Shown here: positions 16,497 to 30,304 of the stretch, in pieces
How the letters are laid out: each line of letters opens with the position of its first letter
How positions within the stretch are numbered: the stretch's first letter is position 1
Assembly: GCA_000182565.2 (NCBI GenBank)
Contig: KQ257459.1
Length of the DNA stretch: 64,000 nt
From: Spizellomyces punctatus DAOM BR117
Taxonomy: Eukaryota
Reading direction: 5' to 3' (one strand)
The notes under the pieces: model-generated
The model's input: only the letters and a program-made list of their open reading frames with translations
What the model was told of the DNA's origin: nothing
Databases searched by the model: none
Translations under genes and position numbers: made by a program

Positions 16497-18479
16497 CCAT
16501 TTTAGCGACTTTTGCAATCTGCTGTGTATGTGAGGGGGGGACATGCTGCATCTATTGACAGCTAGGATATGATGCAGTGACTACTGATGACGCTTGCTCA
16601 TTGCGACGATGCCAATCTTCATATAATCTTGACTGAGTCCGCAGATTAACACTCTCGTCATTTTTGCGTCTCTACTTCTTCGGGGCGATTTCAATGTAGC
16701 AAGATACTCTATAATCGTAAGGATGGCCCGTTTGATTAGTTATGACAGCAGGGAGCATTGGCGATGCCGCTCATACTATGCTAGTTGACCATCTGCGATG
16801 TAAGAAGTAACATTTTGCAAGAAAAGAAGGTCACCGACCACTGACGCCACTGTACAAGTATTTGTGAGTACCAACACTTCTGCCTTGTAGGATCCTGGAA
16901 CTGCGCGCAATCGGCCCGCGCTTCTACGTGCAATCCTCGAACTACCCGCGGCGTGTGGGGTTAACCTTCCTGCCGTTCTCGCGGGTCATATTGTCGCTAG
17001 ACCAAAGACGGCGCCCATGCTTTGCGTTTCTCACCGCTCATATTCTCGGTTGATAAAGGTTCATGGCCCGGCGACATACCCGGTGGATACGGCGATAAAG
17101 TCTTTACTCTTCGCGCCAGAAGGACGTCACCCTACTCATTTGGAATGTTCCTGGGTCATATATTTTTGATGTCTCCGAGACACAACTGCCATGTGGGCGA
17201 GCAAGATGGCATGACAGCAGGATCAAAGAAGCCCAACGTACGGATATCAATTCGAATGATATCAGACGAAGAACGCCAGCATAAGTGCTTCACTCCCGAG
17301 CGACGGTGACGGTCGGAACAAAGTTGAGGTTGGTAGTAATAGACATACTTGACACGTTCCTGACTTTTGATATCGTAGAAGTTAGCTCGTAGTATCATAC
17401 TAAAATTCGCTGTGTGTTTTGCTTGATGGCACGTATCACATCTCATGCAGTTCACTCGTACGCACCAGCGACTCACCTCGTGGAAACTCCATGGATATTC
17501 AACCCAAAAGTTGATGCCCTATGACTAGCCGTCATCTGAAGGCTTGCACAAATTGCAGATCCACTTCAAGCTGCTCGCATTATAAGGAGTCTCAGTCCTT
17601 ACCAACCGGCTACGAACCTATTCGGGAGACTGGAATTTCACCTCTAACCGTGCAGCATAGCCGTCTTCCGCTTATGGGCGCAGCCAAACAGTAGGATAGG
17701 ATCAGGAGATAGTACATCTCCATCTATCTTTGGATAAGGAGATATTCATAGCAGAATTCATGCACATACAGCGTGGGACAAGCTGGAATATTATGTGAGA
17801 TTCCGGGAGCAAGCAAAAACCCGAGTCTCAGATCTGAAAAGCCGTGCAAGATTGGACATATTTGAAGGACGTGTAACAAACATTATACTGGGATTTATCA
17901 CTTATGAGACGGTACCTGTGGATGTATCAACTGGATGGCGAGCCTTCCAAAAAGCCGATCAGCTGTCTGCGGAAATATTAGCAAGCAGCTATTACTGCAT
18001 GGTGAAAGAAAAGTCCGCTTTTGTCGGGTTGTTGAAATCGTGCCGAACGGGCGGATTCTCCTGACGGTCCTAGTACGCTTTCCTAGCGAATGTATTTGGC
18101 GAGGATGATGCTTGGTTGAGGTAAGCCCATAGGCTGATAGAGGAGAGCTTTTGCATGAATAAAACTCCAATCCGCTGGGAAAGAGTCGGAAGACCACTAT
18201 TTCTTGGCTGGTACATACCCCAAAGATGTCCTATTTCCCATAACAGCGGTACCAACTGCTGGCCCTTGCCTGATCTGTAAAGCAAAGAATACCTATGGTA
18301 GATGCATGTGTCCATCTTCGTGGCAAAAACTTCCACCCTATCGAAACTCATGTATAAATATTCTGTATTCCTTAAATCAAAAATCGCCAAAGCAAAAAAA
18401 ATACAGGAGCCCAAAAATCACATATTCCCTAGCCATTACGGCACATTCCTTCAACATTACCCACGCCAGGATCCCCAAC

Positions 18480-21400
18480 TCATTTCATGCCAGCGCGATC
18501 TTTGAGATCCCACATGCAGCCATGACATAACATGGCATCCTCCTCCTTCACGTCCCCTACTTTAGTTTTCTTGGCATGGTCTTGCTCTTCTGCATCTTCA
18601 TCACGAGATTTTCGCTTCTTGCGGGTACCGTTTGAAATCGGGACTGGGGCGTGTTCCATTGGTTTATCTGGTTTTAATAGGTCATCCACATTGTGTCCCG
18701 CCTCGCGAATCTGCTCTACAATGTCTTTTTGTTTCCACCACGCTGGAGAAACGGTTTTGTGACATTGCGCGCAAATTCTTGTTATAGATGGATGATCGAT
18801 AAAGGTGTCCAAGAGCGGTGATTGAACAGACTGGCTCATTGCGCCGGATGACTTTCTTCGAGGCGCTTCAGCCGCGGTGGGAGACACGCTTGAGCCCTTC
18901 CTTCCACCGAGTTTAGGGACTTCCAATATGATGGGCGATATCAAATTTTTGACGCTTGGTTCCTCGTGCAACCCGCCTGCGGAACATACATGACAAAGGC
19001 AAGTCCCTTGTAGGGCCATGGAATATGCTCGTTTTTGGCCACTGGTTGTCAGCGGCTTGGTGTTTCGTTTTTGGGACAAGACGAATTCCCGAATTAAAAA
19101 GGGTCGACTGTAGCTGTAATCTAATTCCTCGGGTGGTACATGGGAGTAGTATGGTGTCAAAGACGAGGGTGCCGGTTGGTGAAGAGAGCTTGTTGCTGCG
19201 GCTGTGGCAACAGCTTTGATTGTCTCACCGTGGAACTACGTGATATCGTTTTAGTAAAGTGTGGGGGAATGGGGACTTGAAATTCAGGTCATCGCCTGAA
19301 CCTACTTACCGAAGATACATTTCGACGGTCATGCCTGGGACAATGTGCCAGAGCTTTTAATTCCACCTGAGATGACGATTTTGACAATTTGAGAGATTCG
19401 ATCGTCATTTCCCACCCAGCATATTGCGCACACGTCGCATGAAACGCTACAGAGCAGTTGCGTTCAGAACACGTAATGCAAGCTCCTTCGGGTTGTTTGC
19501 AGATGCAACATAGCTATAAAAAATGTTATTCACCATACTATGTGTGGATGAAATAAACGAACACGAACCTGCTTCCATCGCTTCTTATCAATCAAGCCAA
19601 TACATTCTACTGGCTCCTCCGTTTCAACATTTCCAAACTTTACTTCCGGCATCCAGATCGCACAGGTCAGATGAGCCCAGTTATTTCCGATAGTCCTTTT
19701 CAACGCTGATTCGCGTGGCGAATTGACAATGGGACAAAGTACACATTTATACAGCTAGAAAATACGGTAAGAGTTGTCAAATAACCGCAAGTTTACCAAA
19801 AACGTGAAGGGCAGGACTTACAACTGAGCATTCAGGATGCTGTATATTGCGACATCGGGCGCATTGAAAAGTCGTTTCGATATGTTCCGCAGGCACACCG
19901 TAACATTCTGGGCAAGTAAATGTCAGCACACACCTTGAAGATGTTATACACATGTTTGGCTTAAATGCAAACCTTTGTGAACGCGCAATTTACATCCCAA
20001 ACATGTCAACAAAAGGTTTCCGGGAGGCTCGTACAACTCTGTGCAGACAGCACATGGACGCGGTGCATCCGATTCAGGACTTGAAGGAACAAAATCTTCG
20101 ACAAATGTGATCTTTAGGAGGGAAGATCAGACCATCATTCTGTTGGTAAAGGCACCGTGTACTTGAAATACCTCAGGTAAGGACACTTTTGCGACTGCTT
20201 TTCGGCTCTTCTTCTTGGCCGGTTTCCTTTCACTATCTGACGGTGTTTGCGCATTATCAAAGGAACGTTTACGCTTTATGATCTTCTTGGGAGCTGTTCA
20301 ACAGACCATGTGTCAATTACGAAAAACAACTCTCCTCAAATTCGCAGACATACGCACCACTCTCCCTATTCGCCCTCTTTTGTGTATCACTGATAACTCG
20401 CGTGACACCATATTTGAGATAATGAATACCACAAGCCAAACAAAGGATTTCCTTCTTTAGATCCTTTTGCCGATACTTCCATCTTTGTGATTCAGTTGTC
20501 CAGCAATTGGCACATTCTTTCACACGCCCCTTTCCGGTTGGTGATGGGGGCATGTCGTCTTCGCTCAGGTCCCCATTACTGAGATTACCTTCGGCGTCTG
20601 CCGCACCGTCCATCGCGTGCTTTTGACCTTTGAATCGCTTACTGATGACGAATTAAGCACAGTATTTCAGCCATGTGTTCCAATCCACCGAATGTGGTTG
20701 TGCATTGGTATTGGTTACGCACCTTGGTCGATACTTTTTACAAAATTGCGAGTAAACGGCAGCGTATCGTCGAGACTTCTTCCATTTGTAGAAGAAGGCC
20801 ACCACCTCGGTCATCGGCTTTGCTGGTACCTACGCGGACAAATGAACGTTAACATCTGGGTTTTCCAGCGCCATGTCCACAAAAGACATCTCGTACCTCT
20901 CGGTGCACCAAATGCAATTCATGTCCATACTTGGCAATTCCGCCTTCAAAAGCCTTAATTTCATTTTCTGCCCAATCCACGACACCTAGATCGCGCGCCT
21001 TCAATTCAAGCATAACTTTCAATGCCGCTTCGATATCGTAATCTGCTTTATGTAACTCTGCCAAAGCTCGATCAATAAGGTAATCGGATGATTTCAAAGT
21101 TGACGGCATTTCTTCTTGTATATGCTCCATGTATGCATCCACTTGAGAATAATCAATGTAAACATGATTATTTTTGTACCCTAGAGCAAATTCGCCAGAC
21201 GTACGCTGCTGCTCGCTCATATGCGGTGGCATTTTGAAGACGACTTCCGCAGAGCTACCACGAGAAGGTATCTCCAATTCCTCGTTGACTAAATACCTAG
21301 CTTTAGTAATTGCGGCACGTATGGAATACGGAGAGGCAAACTCACCGTCGGAATCCAACAGCTTCAGTTTGCGCTTGCCTTTGCCGCGTGCCGCGAGTTT

Positions 21401-23514
21401 GGAATTTCCTTTCGCGCTGGAAAGAGGTGCTTCCAGTGGGGGAGTCTCGGTTTGACGACGCTCGCCGTTCCTTAAAGAAGAATGTGAACAACCCACAGAG
21501 AGAAGACGGCGGCTGGCATAAGCGTACCTGCGATCGGCAGTCTCCTCAACGACATTAGGTTGATGTGGTAGTTCGAGAGGCGGTATGTCTGCTTGGTAGT
21601 CGGTACCAACTCTACGACCCCAGATGAATATTCAGCTTACGATAAAATGAAGAAGAAGATCGCTTCCCAACATACCGAGAGCCGCTGGACGTGCGACGAC
21701 CTGTCTCCGGGAATGGAGGAGTCTCAAGGTCCGGGATGTCGGCTTGGTACTCTCCGCCGATTCTAAATGTCGTTATATCACCCGTTCAGATAACTGTGCC
21801 AGCGACAGCAGGGAGATATACACACCTAGAAGCTGATAGGTTGGTGCTGTCTGGCTTCGCTTCAAGATCCGGCAAATCTGCTTGAAACTGCTTTCCAATC
21901 CTAGATGCAGGTGGTTAAGCATTTCACTGTATGTCGTGTATCAATTCAAGTAACTCTGTACCTGCTGGCTGCCTTGGGATGCCCTCTGTCCGGCCCTTCT
22001 TCCGCTGTACCTTTCCAATTAATCGAATGTTGTAATTGAAAATGCAGTACAGCAGCTTACCCAAAATCTCCCTATACTTTGCATATTCACCAAAATACCT
22101 GTACGGCCACATAGGCTTGGCGGCATCTTTGGTCCGGTTGAATGGTAACTCTACCTCCTCCATTGGCACTGGACAGAGCATCATCGCAGCTTGTCAATGC
22201 ACTTTCACAGTGTCCAAAGAGCAAGGTAAAACAAACCTTCAGTTTTGACATCCTCGTCCTCAGATGATATGGCAGAATCGCTATCATTCGATTGCGAAGG
22301 TAAAGAAGATTCCTTCTTCCCAACCTTGCCTCTGCTCTTTCCCAAAGATGTCTTTTCCTCCTCTTCAGCTGCATCCGATGCTTTTTTATTACACTTGGCG
22401 CATTGCCAAGCATATCCTTTGGGTGGTTTCTTTACGATCCCCACACAACCCAAATGGAAGGCAGCACGGCACGCCACGCACTTGATGACAGCTTCATCGG
22501 GATTGCACCATCGATCGCAGCTATTGCACACTCGTCGTTCGGTAAAATCCGAGGCTTTGCCAGCTTCAACGAGAATGAATTGGTAGTCGCTCAGAGCACG
22601 GGATACTTCTCTCGGAAGGTTTTTGACGAGTTCAAGAGGCACCACGTCGTACACTCGATGTGTATATCGGTCGTATACTGTTACAGAGAGCGATATGGAT
22701 TTGTCAAGTGAGGGTTTGCATGACATGGCGAGCATATGACGTACATTGATCATAGTAGAAGCAATCCTCCTCTGCCCGCCATTGCTCCATGTCCTTAACA
22801 TGAGATATGTGTTCTACTTTGCATTTTCCTCGGATGCTCGAAATACTTTAGATCCCAAAAAAACGCTTTTAGTGATCGTACATGCACACACATTGACCAC
22901 AGGACGACGACTCACGGATTAATATCCGAATGCATGCTCGCCAACAGTAATCGAGGGTCATGTTTCTTCCCTCTTCCGCCGGGGAGAACATCTTTTGGTC
23001 TGTAGAACCAGCCTATGCGCGCCACCGTTTGCTTGCCCGGTAATTTCCCCGAGACGAACTCGAGGATACGGCCGACGTAGTAACTGCCAATGTAGGTAAT
23101 ATGAGCGCATCAGTAGGCATGGGAAACAAAGCAGGAGATGAAGGTAGTCTGTACTTACAGCTCATTGGGAATATCGGGCGCCAAATACACGTAGTCTAAG
23201 AAAAATCGGGATATGAAACGATCCAGATATGTGAGCAAAGGCTGAGCCAGCATCTTGTGCATGACTGTTACCAGTCACCCACTAGAGTACTCAAACGTTG
23301 TCATGGTGGGCTGTCTGCTCACAATGATGACATACATACCGTTCAAAGCATAAGTTTCTCCGTTTTTGGCCACTATTTGGGTCACAGCAGCCTTTCCACT
23401 GTTTGCCGAGCCAGCAGCGGAATTCCCACCTCGAGATTTCACCTTGACCGGCGACACACTCTTTCCGTTCACCGGAGTGACGGACAATGGTGCCTTCTTT
23501 TGTGCTTGTTTCAT
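18480..23514 (-). CDS. SNT2: Snt2-like chromatin regulator (BAH, PHD, ELM2, SANT, GATA-type Zn finger, PHD, extended PHD)
   Basis: BAH (YYVGRILEF...IGWFYRPKDV...LLASMHSD), PHD (CVACRAAFHLGC...KPPKGYAWQCAKC), ELM2 motifs, SANT (WAENEIKAFEGGIAKYGHEL), CANC...LCLACG, extended PHD (NNWAHLTCAIWMPEV); many short introns. Confidence 0.9.
21528..21900 (-). repeat. Three tandem paralogous mini-exons encoding ELM2 N-terminal motifs within SNT2
   Basis: Exons 21900-21826, 21762-21676 and 21611-21528, all phase 2-2. Confidence 0.85.
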
Positions 23515-25067
23515 ATCGCAAGCTACGGGTCGTGTAAGAAGATATCTGTCGGGGCAGTGCGCAGAAGGGAGGAGATATGGAGCCCTTTTTTCTTAGTGCG
23601 CGAATCCCCAGATGGGAGCGAGATGGGTTAAAGTTGGAGCACAGAAGGAAGATGCAAGAGTATTGGTAAAAGCAAGTGAAAAGTAAAAGTTCAAGTAGCA
23701 AGTAACGAACAAGAACAAGAACATTAGGCAGACTTCAAATGGGCAAAGCGTTTAAGATTTTGGAATTTTGGGGCTCTCTCCTCTTCGCGTCAACTCGCCT
23801 GCAGTTGTTTCCACAATTTGTCACGGCCTTTTTGGAGACTTCTCTTTTTTTTATTTATTTTTCTAGGTCTTGTTCATTGTTGGCAGCAGGCAGTTGGAGT
23901 AGCATGCTGTCTTTGTGGCCATGTCAGTCTTTTGTTTGTGGTTTGTTTGCAGTTGGAAGAAGCATTTGTACAAAATCGAGTTGGCCAAAGCCCAAAGAAA
24001 AAAAAGAAACGAAACTGCTGACTATTGGTTACGGCACTTGGATTGTTTTGCTCGTTTTAGGGCCCAAGCTCTTGTTGTTCTACTACGGCCAGGGACCAAA
24101 AGTGGACCTTGTTTATTATGAAATACCAGTTATCTATCGGTCAAGATAGCTATTGTGAATGATCGGCCATTCATCTGCACAGATGGTCATTAGAGTGAGC
24201 GACTCGTCAAGTTTTGGAATGATGAAATTGATATGCTGTTGATGGAAAGCCCACCTACTCCACTCGAAAGGTCCCTGGTCCCTGCAAACATGACCGAATG
24301 AACCAATGAACCACAGCGATTAGAATGGAGTTGGAAGCACACATATAGGGACATGGTAACAAGGACAGTCCTGAGGCGATGCGCGGTTTATCGTTATCAC
24401 TGCATCGCTTTTTACATTTCTGAATCCCGAATGTCTTTAAAGTAAGGCAAATGCAGTGTTTGCCCATAAAGGTGCACATCTACATCTGGTCGGATGGGCT
24501 TCCGAATGACCTGGTGTCCTGGTGTCTGTAGGGTGAGCGATGCAGAATGCATAATCGACCAACTCTGAACATTTCATAGCAAAGGCTTTTGCTTTTTCTC
24601 TACGACAGACATGGCGATCACTGAAGAGGATGTGCTTTTATGATGGACCTCTGCTTCTTTCGTGTATTGGGGGAACGCTCACAATACAATGCAACAAGAT
24701 GAGTCCATGTATCCCACCTCCACTTGTTCAAACCCATAACCGAACGTAGTGGCGAGGCGCCAAGATCTCACTGCCCGCCTCAAAGGAGAACCCATCCCAA
24801 AAGCAACTCGAGGGAAGAAGAACGCGCGCGCGGCCGACGTGGACACTTCTGCGGTACTCAGCGTGGCGAAGTTGTAAACCCGCTGCTGTGCAAGTAGAAA
24901 ATACTTAAAAACAGAGGACGACTTTGACATTTGGAGCCGAGGAAAACCAGAGCAACATTAAGAACCTGACGTAGAACCTGCAGTAGATCTCTGACTTTTT
25001 GCCACAGTGAACCTGCCCTGAAAATAGCGATCCTGCTCATATTACAACGCATACGAATACACACGAT

Positions 25068-27295
25068 ATGCCTTTCTGGTCTCTGCCAGCAACATTCACC
25101 ACCCTTTCCCTCCTCCTCTCCACCGCCTTTGCTGATCCCTACCATCCACCACCGCCTTATGAGGACTATTATCGCGATGAATATCCTCAAGATGACTACC
25201 ATCCGAGAATCTTGCGCGTCCCACTGCACAAACCGGACCGCCATCATTCCTCGATTCTGGACAGATTACTTGAGGAGCAGGCGTATGTACTCTGCTTGCA
25301 ACGTTCTGCAGAGAGCTGCGTTTTTTTGATGACTGTCTTTTAGATATATCCGTGAAAAGTACAGCAACCACCCAGCCGTCCGTCCAGCATACCTGACCCC
25401 GACTTACAAGGAGGAGAAGGAAAACCCTGGATACGGACATGGATATGGATACGAACAAAAATACGACGAGTATGACAAATACGAAAAGCCAAAGCCGAAA
25501 TCAAAGCCAAAGAAGAAAAAGGGGCCTGTCTCTGTCCCTGCTGGATTTGACCCGTTTGATTGTGAGTTTGGGTGCGCATATAAGACGTGAGATGATAACG
25601 AAAAACTCACACCGTTGAATGACATAGTTATTGGACAAGTCGAAATTGGCACTCCACCTCAAAAGCTTACCGTCCGCTTCGACACCGCCACGCAGCTCTC
25701 CTGGGTCAAAAAAGCCGCGTACAAGGAAAAGCCCAAAAAGTACGACGACTATAACTCATACGACAAGTATGATGAATACAAAAAAGACAATGACTATTAC
25801 GAGCCCGAGCGCGAGCTTGTGTATTTTGGTTTTGACCCGGACAAGTCGTCGACATGGCAGGACGGAGGCCGTGAAGGTGATCTAGAGTACTATGGCCAAG
25901 AGAAGGTCATAGTCAAAGAAGGGCGAGATGTAGTGAATGTTGGTGGCATTGAAGGTATAGTCTTGTTATGGTCGTCTGATATGAATGTGAGGCTCATGTA
26001 TCTTAATATTTAGCAACTGTCACTTTTGGACTGAGAACACAAAACGAGGTTAGCGCCAATGAGACTGTGGACGGACACTTTGGTACGGATTTGAATTTTT
26101 CCTCGCACTGTCCGCCACAACTAACTTGGTATACTAGGGCTCTCACTGCGTAACCCAGACCTGGACTTTGACCCCTGGCTATACCAAGCAGTCAAGGACG
26201 GTGTATGCGATCCCATTTTTGCTCTGGACCCGCCACCTGTGGAACCGCCCAAAGCGTATGCTCCTCAGCCGACGCCATCGTATGGAAAGCGCGATCAAAG
26301 CTACGATTACTACGAACCGCCAAAGCCCAAGCCGACCACTGCCCAATTATCGATCTGTGGATATGAAGGTCAGATGCCCACCAGGTTTAACCATGTTACG
26401 CAGAGAGGGTTGCAGTATGGGTATGTTTTAATCCCGTTGAGCCGTTATTGACATTCTAAATTGCGAGGGACTAATGGCCTGGTCTTGTTAAAAGATACTG
26501 GCAACTCAACCTGAAGAAAATCAAAGTGGGTCAGAGCCTGGTCCCGCTGGTGAAGGAGTCCCGTGAAGATCCATATGGGTACCAGTCCTACGAGCCCAAG
26601 CAGAAAGAAATCGATGCATTGATTGATACTGGTTCCCCTTTCATCATGCTCCCCAAAATTGCGGTCGATAAGATTCACAAGTTGATTGGCGCTACGTGTC
26701 CAGGTCAGGAATATGGGTACTCTGAATACAAAGATGATTACAAAGACGACTACAAGAAGGATTACAAAGACGAAAAATCCACCCATAGTCGCCGCGCCAC
26801 ATCCATGAACGCTAACAGCACATCTGGATTCTGGCGCTCGCAAACCGGCATCAAATCGCATGACCTTTGCACGGTCCCGTGCGCCTCGGTCCCGAAACTT
26901 GCAAACATCACTCTGACGTTTGACCAAGGAGACTATCCCATCCTCCCCGCGGAATATATTCAAAAAGACCCAGATGATTACGGAAAGCAACAATGTTACT
27001 CGGTTTTTACAACATTTAAGCCAGATAGTGCTGTGCTTAAAGAAGCGCCAAGCGAATTTGGTGAAGTTTTAGCTGTTATTGGTAGGTTATACCATCTATT
27101 TCCATCATTTATTCAAGTTTAATGCCTAACTTTATTGGATTAGGTACATCGTTTACGCAAGCCCACCAAACTGTTTACTATCTGGGTAACATTGGGCAAA
27201 ACCGTAGACGTCGTAGGCAACTGACGGAAGAGAATAGCAGCGAGATTCCAGGGATTGCTATTACGAGGTACTATTCATTGGCATGGAGTCCTTGA
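25068..27295 (+). CDS. Secreted pepsin-like (A1) aspartic protease with Tyr/Asp/Lys-rich insertions
   Basis: Signal peptide; LRVPLHK propeptide; IGTPPQKLTVRFDTAT; FDPDKSSTW; ALIDTGSPFI; TVPC; VIGTSFTQAHQTVY. Confidence 0.88.
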
Positions 27296-29196
27296 TGCGT
27301 GTTGCAATTGTGCTGCGTAGTGTGTTTATACCTAGGTTTGGACATGTATTTGTTTATAGTGTATGTGAGAGATGTAGGTTTCCATTACGGGCTGTGGGGT
27401 GTAAGGTTTTTTTCTTGTTTCTTTTTGATTATATCAGGGTGTGTATGTATATTGGGAGACTTTATAGCCCTTCAACAACTCGGCGTGACCTGAAGAGTAT
27501 GTTTTACTCACGTGACTAAAGATCCCGTGAGCGTGCTGACGCAATGCATAGTGTGGACGTGATTGCAGCTAAAGCACATAAAGAACGGGAATCACGTAAA
27601 ATCACGTGATGCTCTGCCAATCTATCGGTATTAGAATAGACTAGAATGCTAGACTAACGAATTTCGGAATCAAGGGCTTAGTAGGATTTCTCTCGTGTGG
27701 TGGGCTTAGTTACCCGGTTAGAACCAACCGTAATGTATTGCATGTGTAATTGGGCCTAGTAGTAGTTGGTTGGTTGTAAGGAGGGAATTACTTGGCTTTT
27801 CCGAACCGGTTGTCGCTGGTTTATTCCCTGGTGTAGTAGCTAGTGCCACCTCTACACTACACGCATCTTTCTGCTATATAATGAACAAAAGTCATGCAGC
27901 GTTGATGCGCCTACGCTTCCACAATACATTTGTATGTAATGAACCGGAGTAAACACATGATATATAGTAGATGGACGAGTGCTTCCATAGGATATAGATC
28001 ACAATAAGCTCCATCATCCGTATTTAACTTTTGACTTTTCATTTGTCAGGTCTGTTGCCCAGTGGGTTGCATGTACAAGTCGGGTGGCCTCATGCGAGTG
28101 TTTCCCAAGAGCTGATGGTCTCACTGTCCAGAGATCTGTGGTGTGTCATTTGGCCAGTGGCCCAGTTCCAGGAACACGGATGACTATACGTTGTTTGAAG
28201 GAGCTTTTGTCCTCTTGCTGCTGCGGCTGTTATTCGGAGCTTTCATGCGCTTGCAGTTTCGTCAAAGTCTCTTTGGCTACAATCCGCAGACTAGCAAGTC
28301 ACGCGTTCTCAACAAAGACATTTGCTTTGCTGTGAATGGGCATTGTTCCCGTTCTCCGCTAACCGAAATTGAAAACGAATCCACGGTCCTGTTCCCTGCA
28401 CATTAGCGATAACCATGAGCTTGATAATTATTGAATGGACATGAACGACAACGAGCGTCGAGCATCTACATATGAGACGGTAATGTACAAGATGACACTC
28501 TTGTGCCCAAGACATTTTATCACCAGTTCACGGCCTGTCGCCGGAAACACCCGCACATGGCCATGCGTCCTCCGTTTCAACGTACTTGCCCCAACCCTGC
28601 TCGTTGCTTGCAAACATGTTGCATCTTTTGACCATTGGTTGGTTCATGGCAAAAGACCAAGCGCTGACACACAATGAGTCTTCCTAATGGCCTTCCCAGA
28701 ACTGGCAGGGGAGACACCCAACCGTTGAACGCCCCCCGGCTCCAAGCGGTTATCTCGTTGGTATTCATGGATTTATAAGGAATACATTTCAGAATTGCAT
28801 TAAAATGCTCCAGATTTCCCAATCGGCCATCAAATTTGCCGTCAACCGACAATGTGAAACACAGTTTTTGAAAGGGGGTTGGCGGCCATCGTTCCACATC
28901 TGGGGATTTTGCAGCTGAGGCCGGGTTCTCGGTGCAAGTGAGGCGTTGGGTTCGCGCACCTAAGCCACGTGATAAGCATCCAGACTCCGACTCTGTCTCC
29001 GTGTCACCAAAAAGGTTGGGTGATTTTTGTCCCTAAAGCCGTGCTAATTGGAAGCCATGTTTTTTTATTTCTTATTTTCGAAAAAAAAAAAAAAATGGGG
29101 AACAATGGAAGCATTTAAAAGAAGAACAATGGGAGGTTGCCCTTTGAATCCCCCATCAGCCGATCACAACAAACAAAGAGCCCAAAACATAAACAA

Positions 29197-30003
29197 ATGG
29201 CTTGGAATTGGAACACGTTTGACTGGGACAACACAACCCATCGGTTCTTTGCGCTATGCTACTTGGCCGATATGATCGTTTGGCTCTACCGAATCGCAAC
29301 GCGATTCCAGCTCTTCCCTAAATCCGAGCCTTACCCTTTCATTCGAAAAAAGTTTGCCACAACCCTTCTACGAACAATCGTACTCGTCCTGCATATCGGA
29401 TCAGGTGTAACGGAGATTGCTCTCGGATTCGCTGCGTTCTTTACGGGAAATGAAATCCTCGCCAAGATCATTACGGTTGCTGCCCTCGCCTTCCATGTCC
29501 CTACCGCCATCTACATGACACCATTTGTGTATGGAGCCCGCCGTCTCATGCGCCCGGCTTACATGGTGATCATATTCTTCCATGCCTACTGCGCCGTAAA
29601 TCTCTGGTTGAACCCAACGTCAACGGAATGGATCGTTTCGACCATCAGTGTTTTGCACACGTACATTTGGGTTCGGATCTTTTACTTTATCTTTGCAAAA
29701 ACTCAGACGCTTCCCAGTGGCCCCTACACCCTCTCGGTTGTCTTTGCCGGATACGTCACCTTGCCTTACTTTCCCCGCAACGTTGCAAAATACTCGACAG
29801 ATCTCCTCGTCACAACCTTCACCTTGTCGTACGTGACCGTAGAGTTCCTCGTGTACAAGCACATTTTAAAGTACAGCGGAAAGAAATTGGTATCAACGGA
29901 ATTTGATATCGATGACGCGGACCATGAGTTGGTTATCAAGTATGAGACACGGCGGAACGACAAGCATGATGTAATTACTATCGAGACTATTACTGTGAAA
30001 TAG
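29197..30003 (+). CDS. Uncharacterised membrane protein, about 7 TM helices with four intramembrane His, intronless
   Basis: AAACAAATG start; 268 aa with about seven hydrophobic segments. Confidence 0.8.
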   Translation: MAWNWNTFDWDNTTHRFFALCYLADMIVWLYRIATRFQLFPKSEPYPFIRKKFATTLLRTIVLVLHIGSGVTEIALGFAAFFTGNEILAKIITVAALAFHVPTAIYMTPFVYGARRLMRPAYMVIIFFHAYCAVNLWLNPTSTEWIVSTISVLHTYIWVRIFYFIFAKTQTLPSGPYTLSVVFAGYVTLPYFPRNVAKYSTDLLVTTFTLSYVTVEFLVYKHILKYSGKKLVSTEFDIDDADHELVIKYETRRNDKHDVITIETITVK

Positions 30004-30304
30004 GTTGTATTATTATGTATATTTATTAGAGCTGGCTGTTGCGATGTCTATTGTACATAGGGGGTGGGATTTTAGTGTACATTGCATTTGATTATTTAAG
30101 TTGCTATACCAATAGGAACATGGTTTTTTTGGAGTAAATATACTCACTGTTTCATGGATGACTTGAAATGTCAGGAGACGAGAACATTGAGCAAGCGTGC
30201 AAGGAATATTTTCCAGTATGACCAGCTCTGCTCTATTCTTCTAGTATATCTTACCAGCATCTAGCGCATACATCACTCCACAAGGTTATGTTCTATGCAT
30301 TCAT

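Noticed and set aside
26720-26772. DYKDD repeats resembling a FLAG tag
   Set aside because: Not the DYKDDDDK tag; they are one of several natural Tyr/Asp/Lys-rich blocks in the same gene and there is no vector context
27500-27760. CACGTG palindromes and short repeats that might indicate an RNA gene or element end
   Set aside because: No tRNA cloverleaf, terminal inverted repeat or target-site duplication could be supported; at most generic bHLH sites
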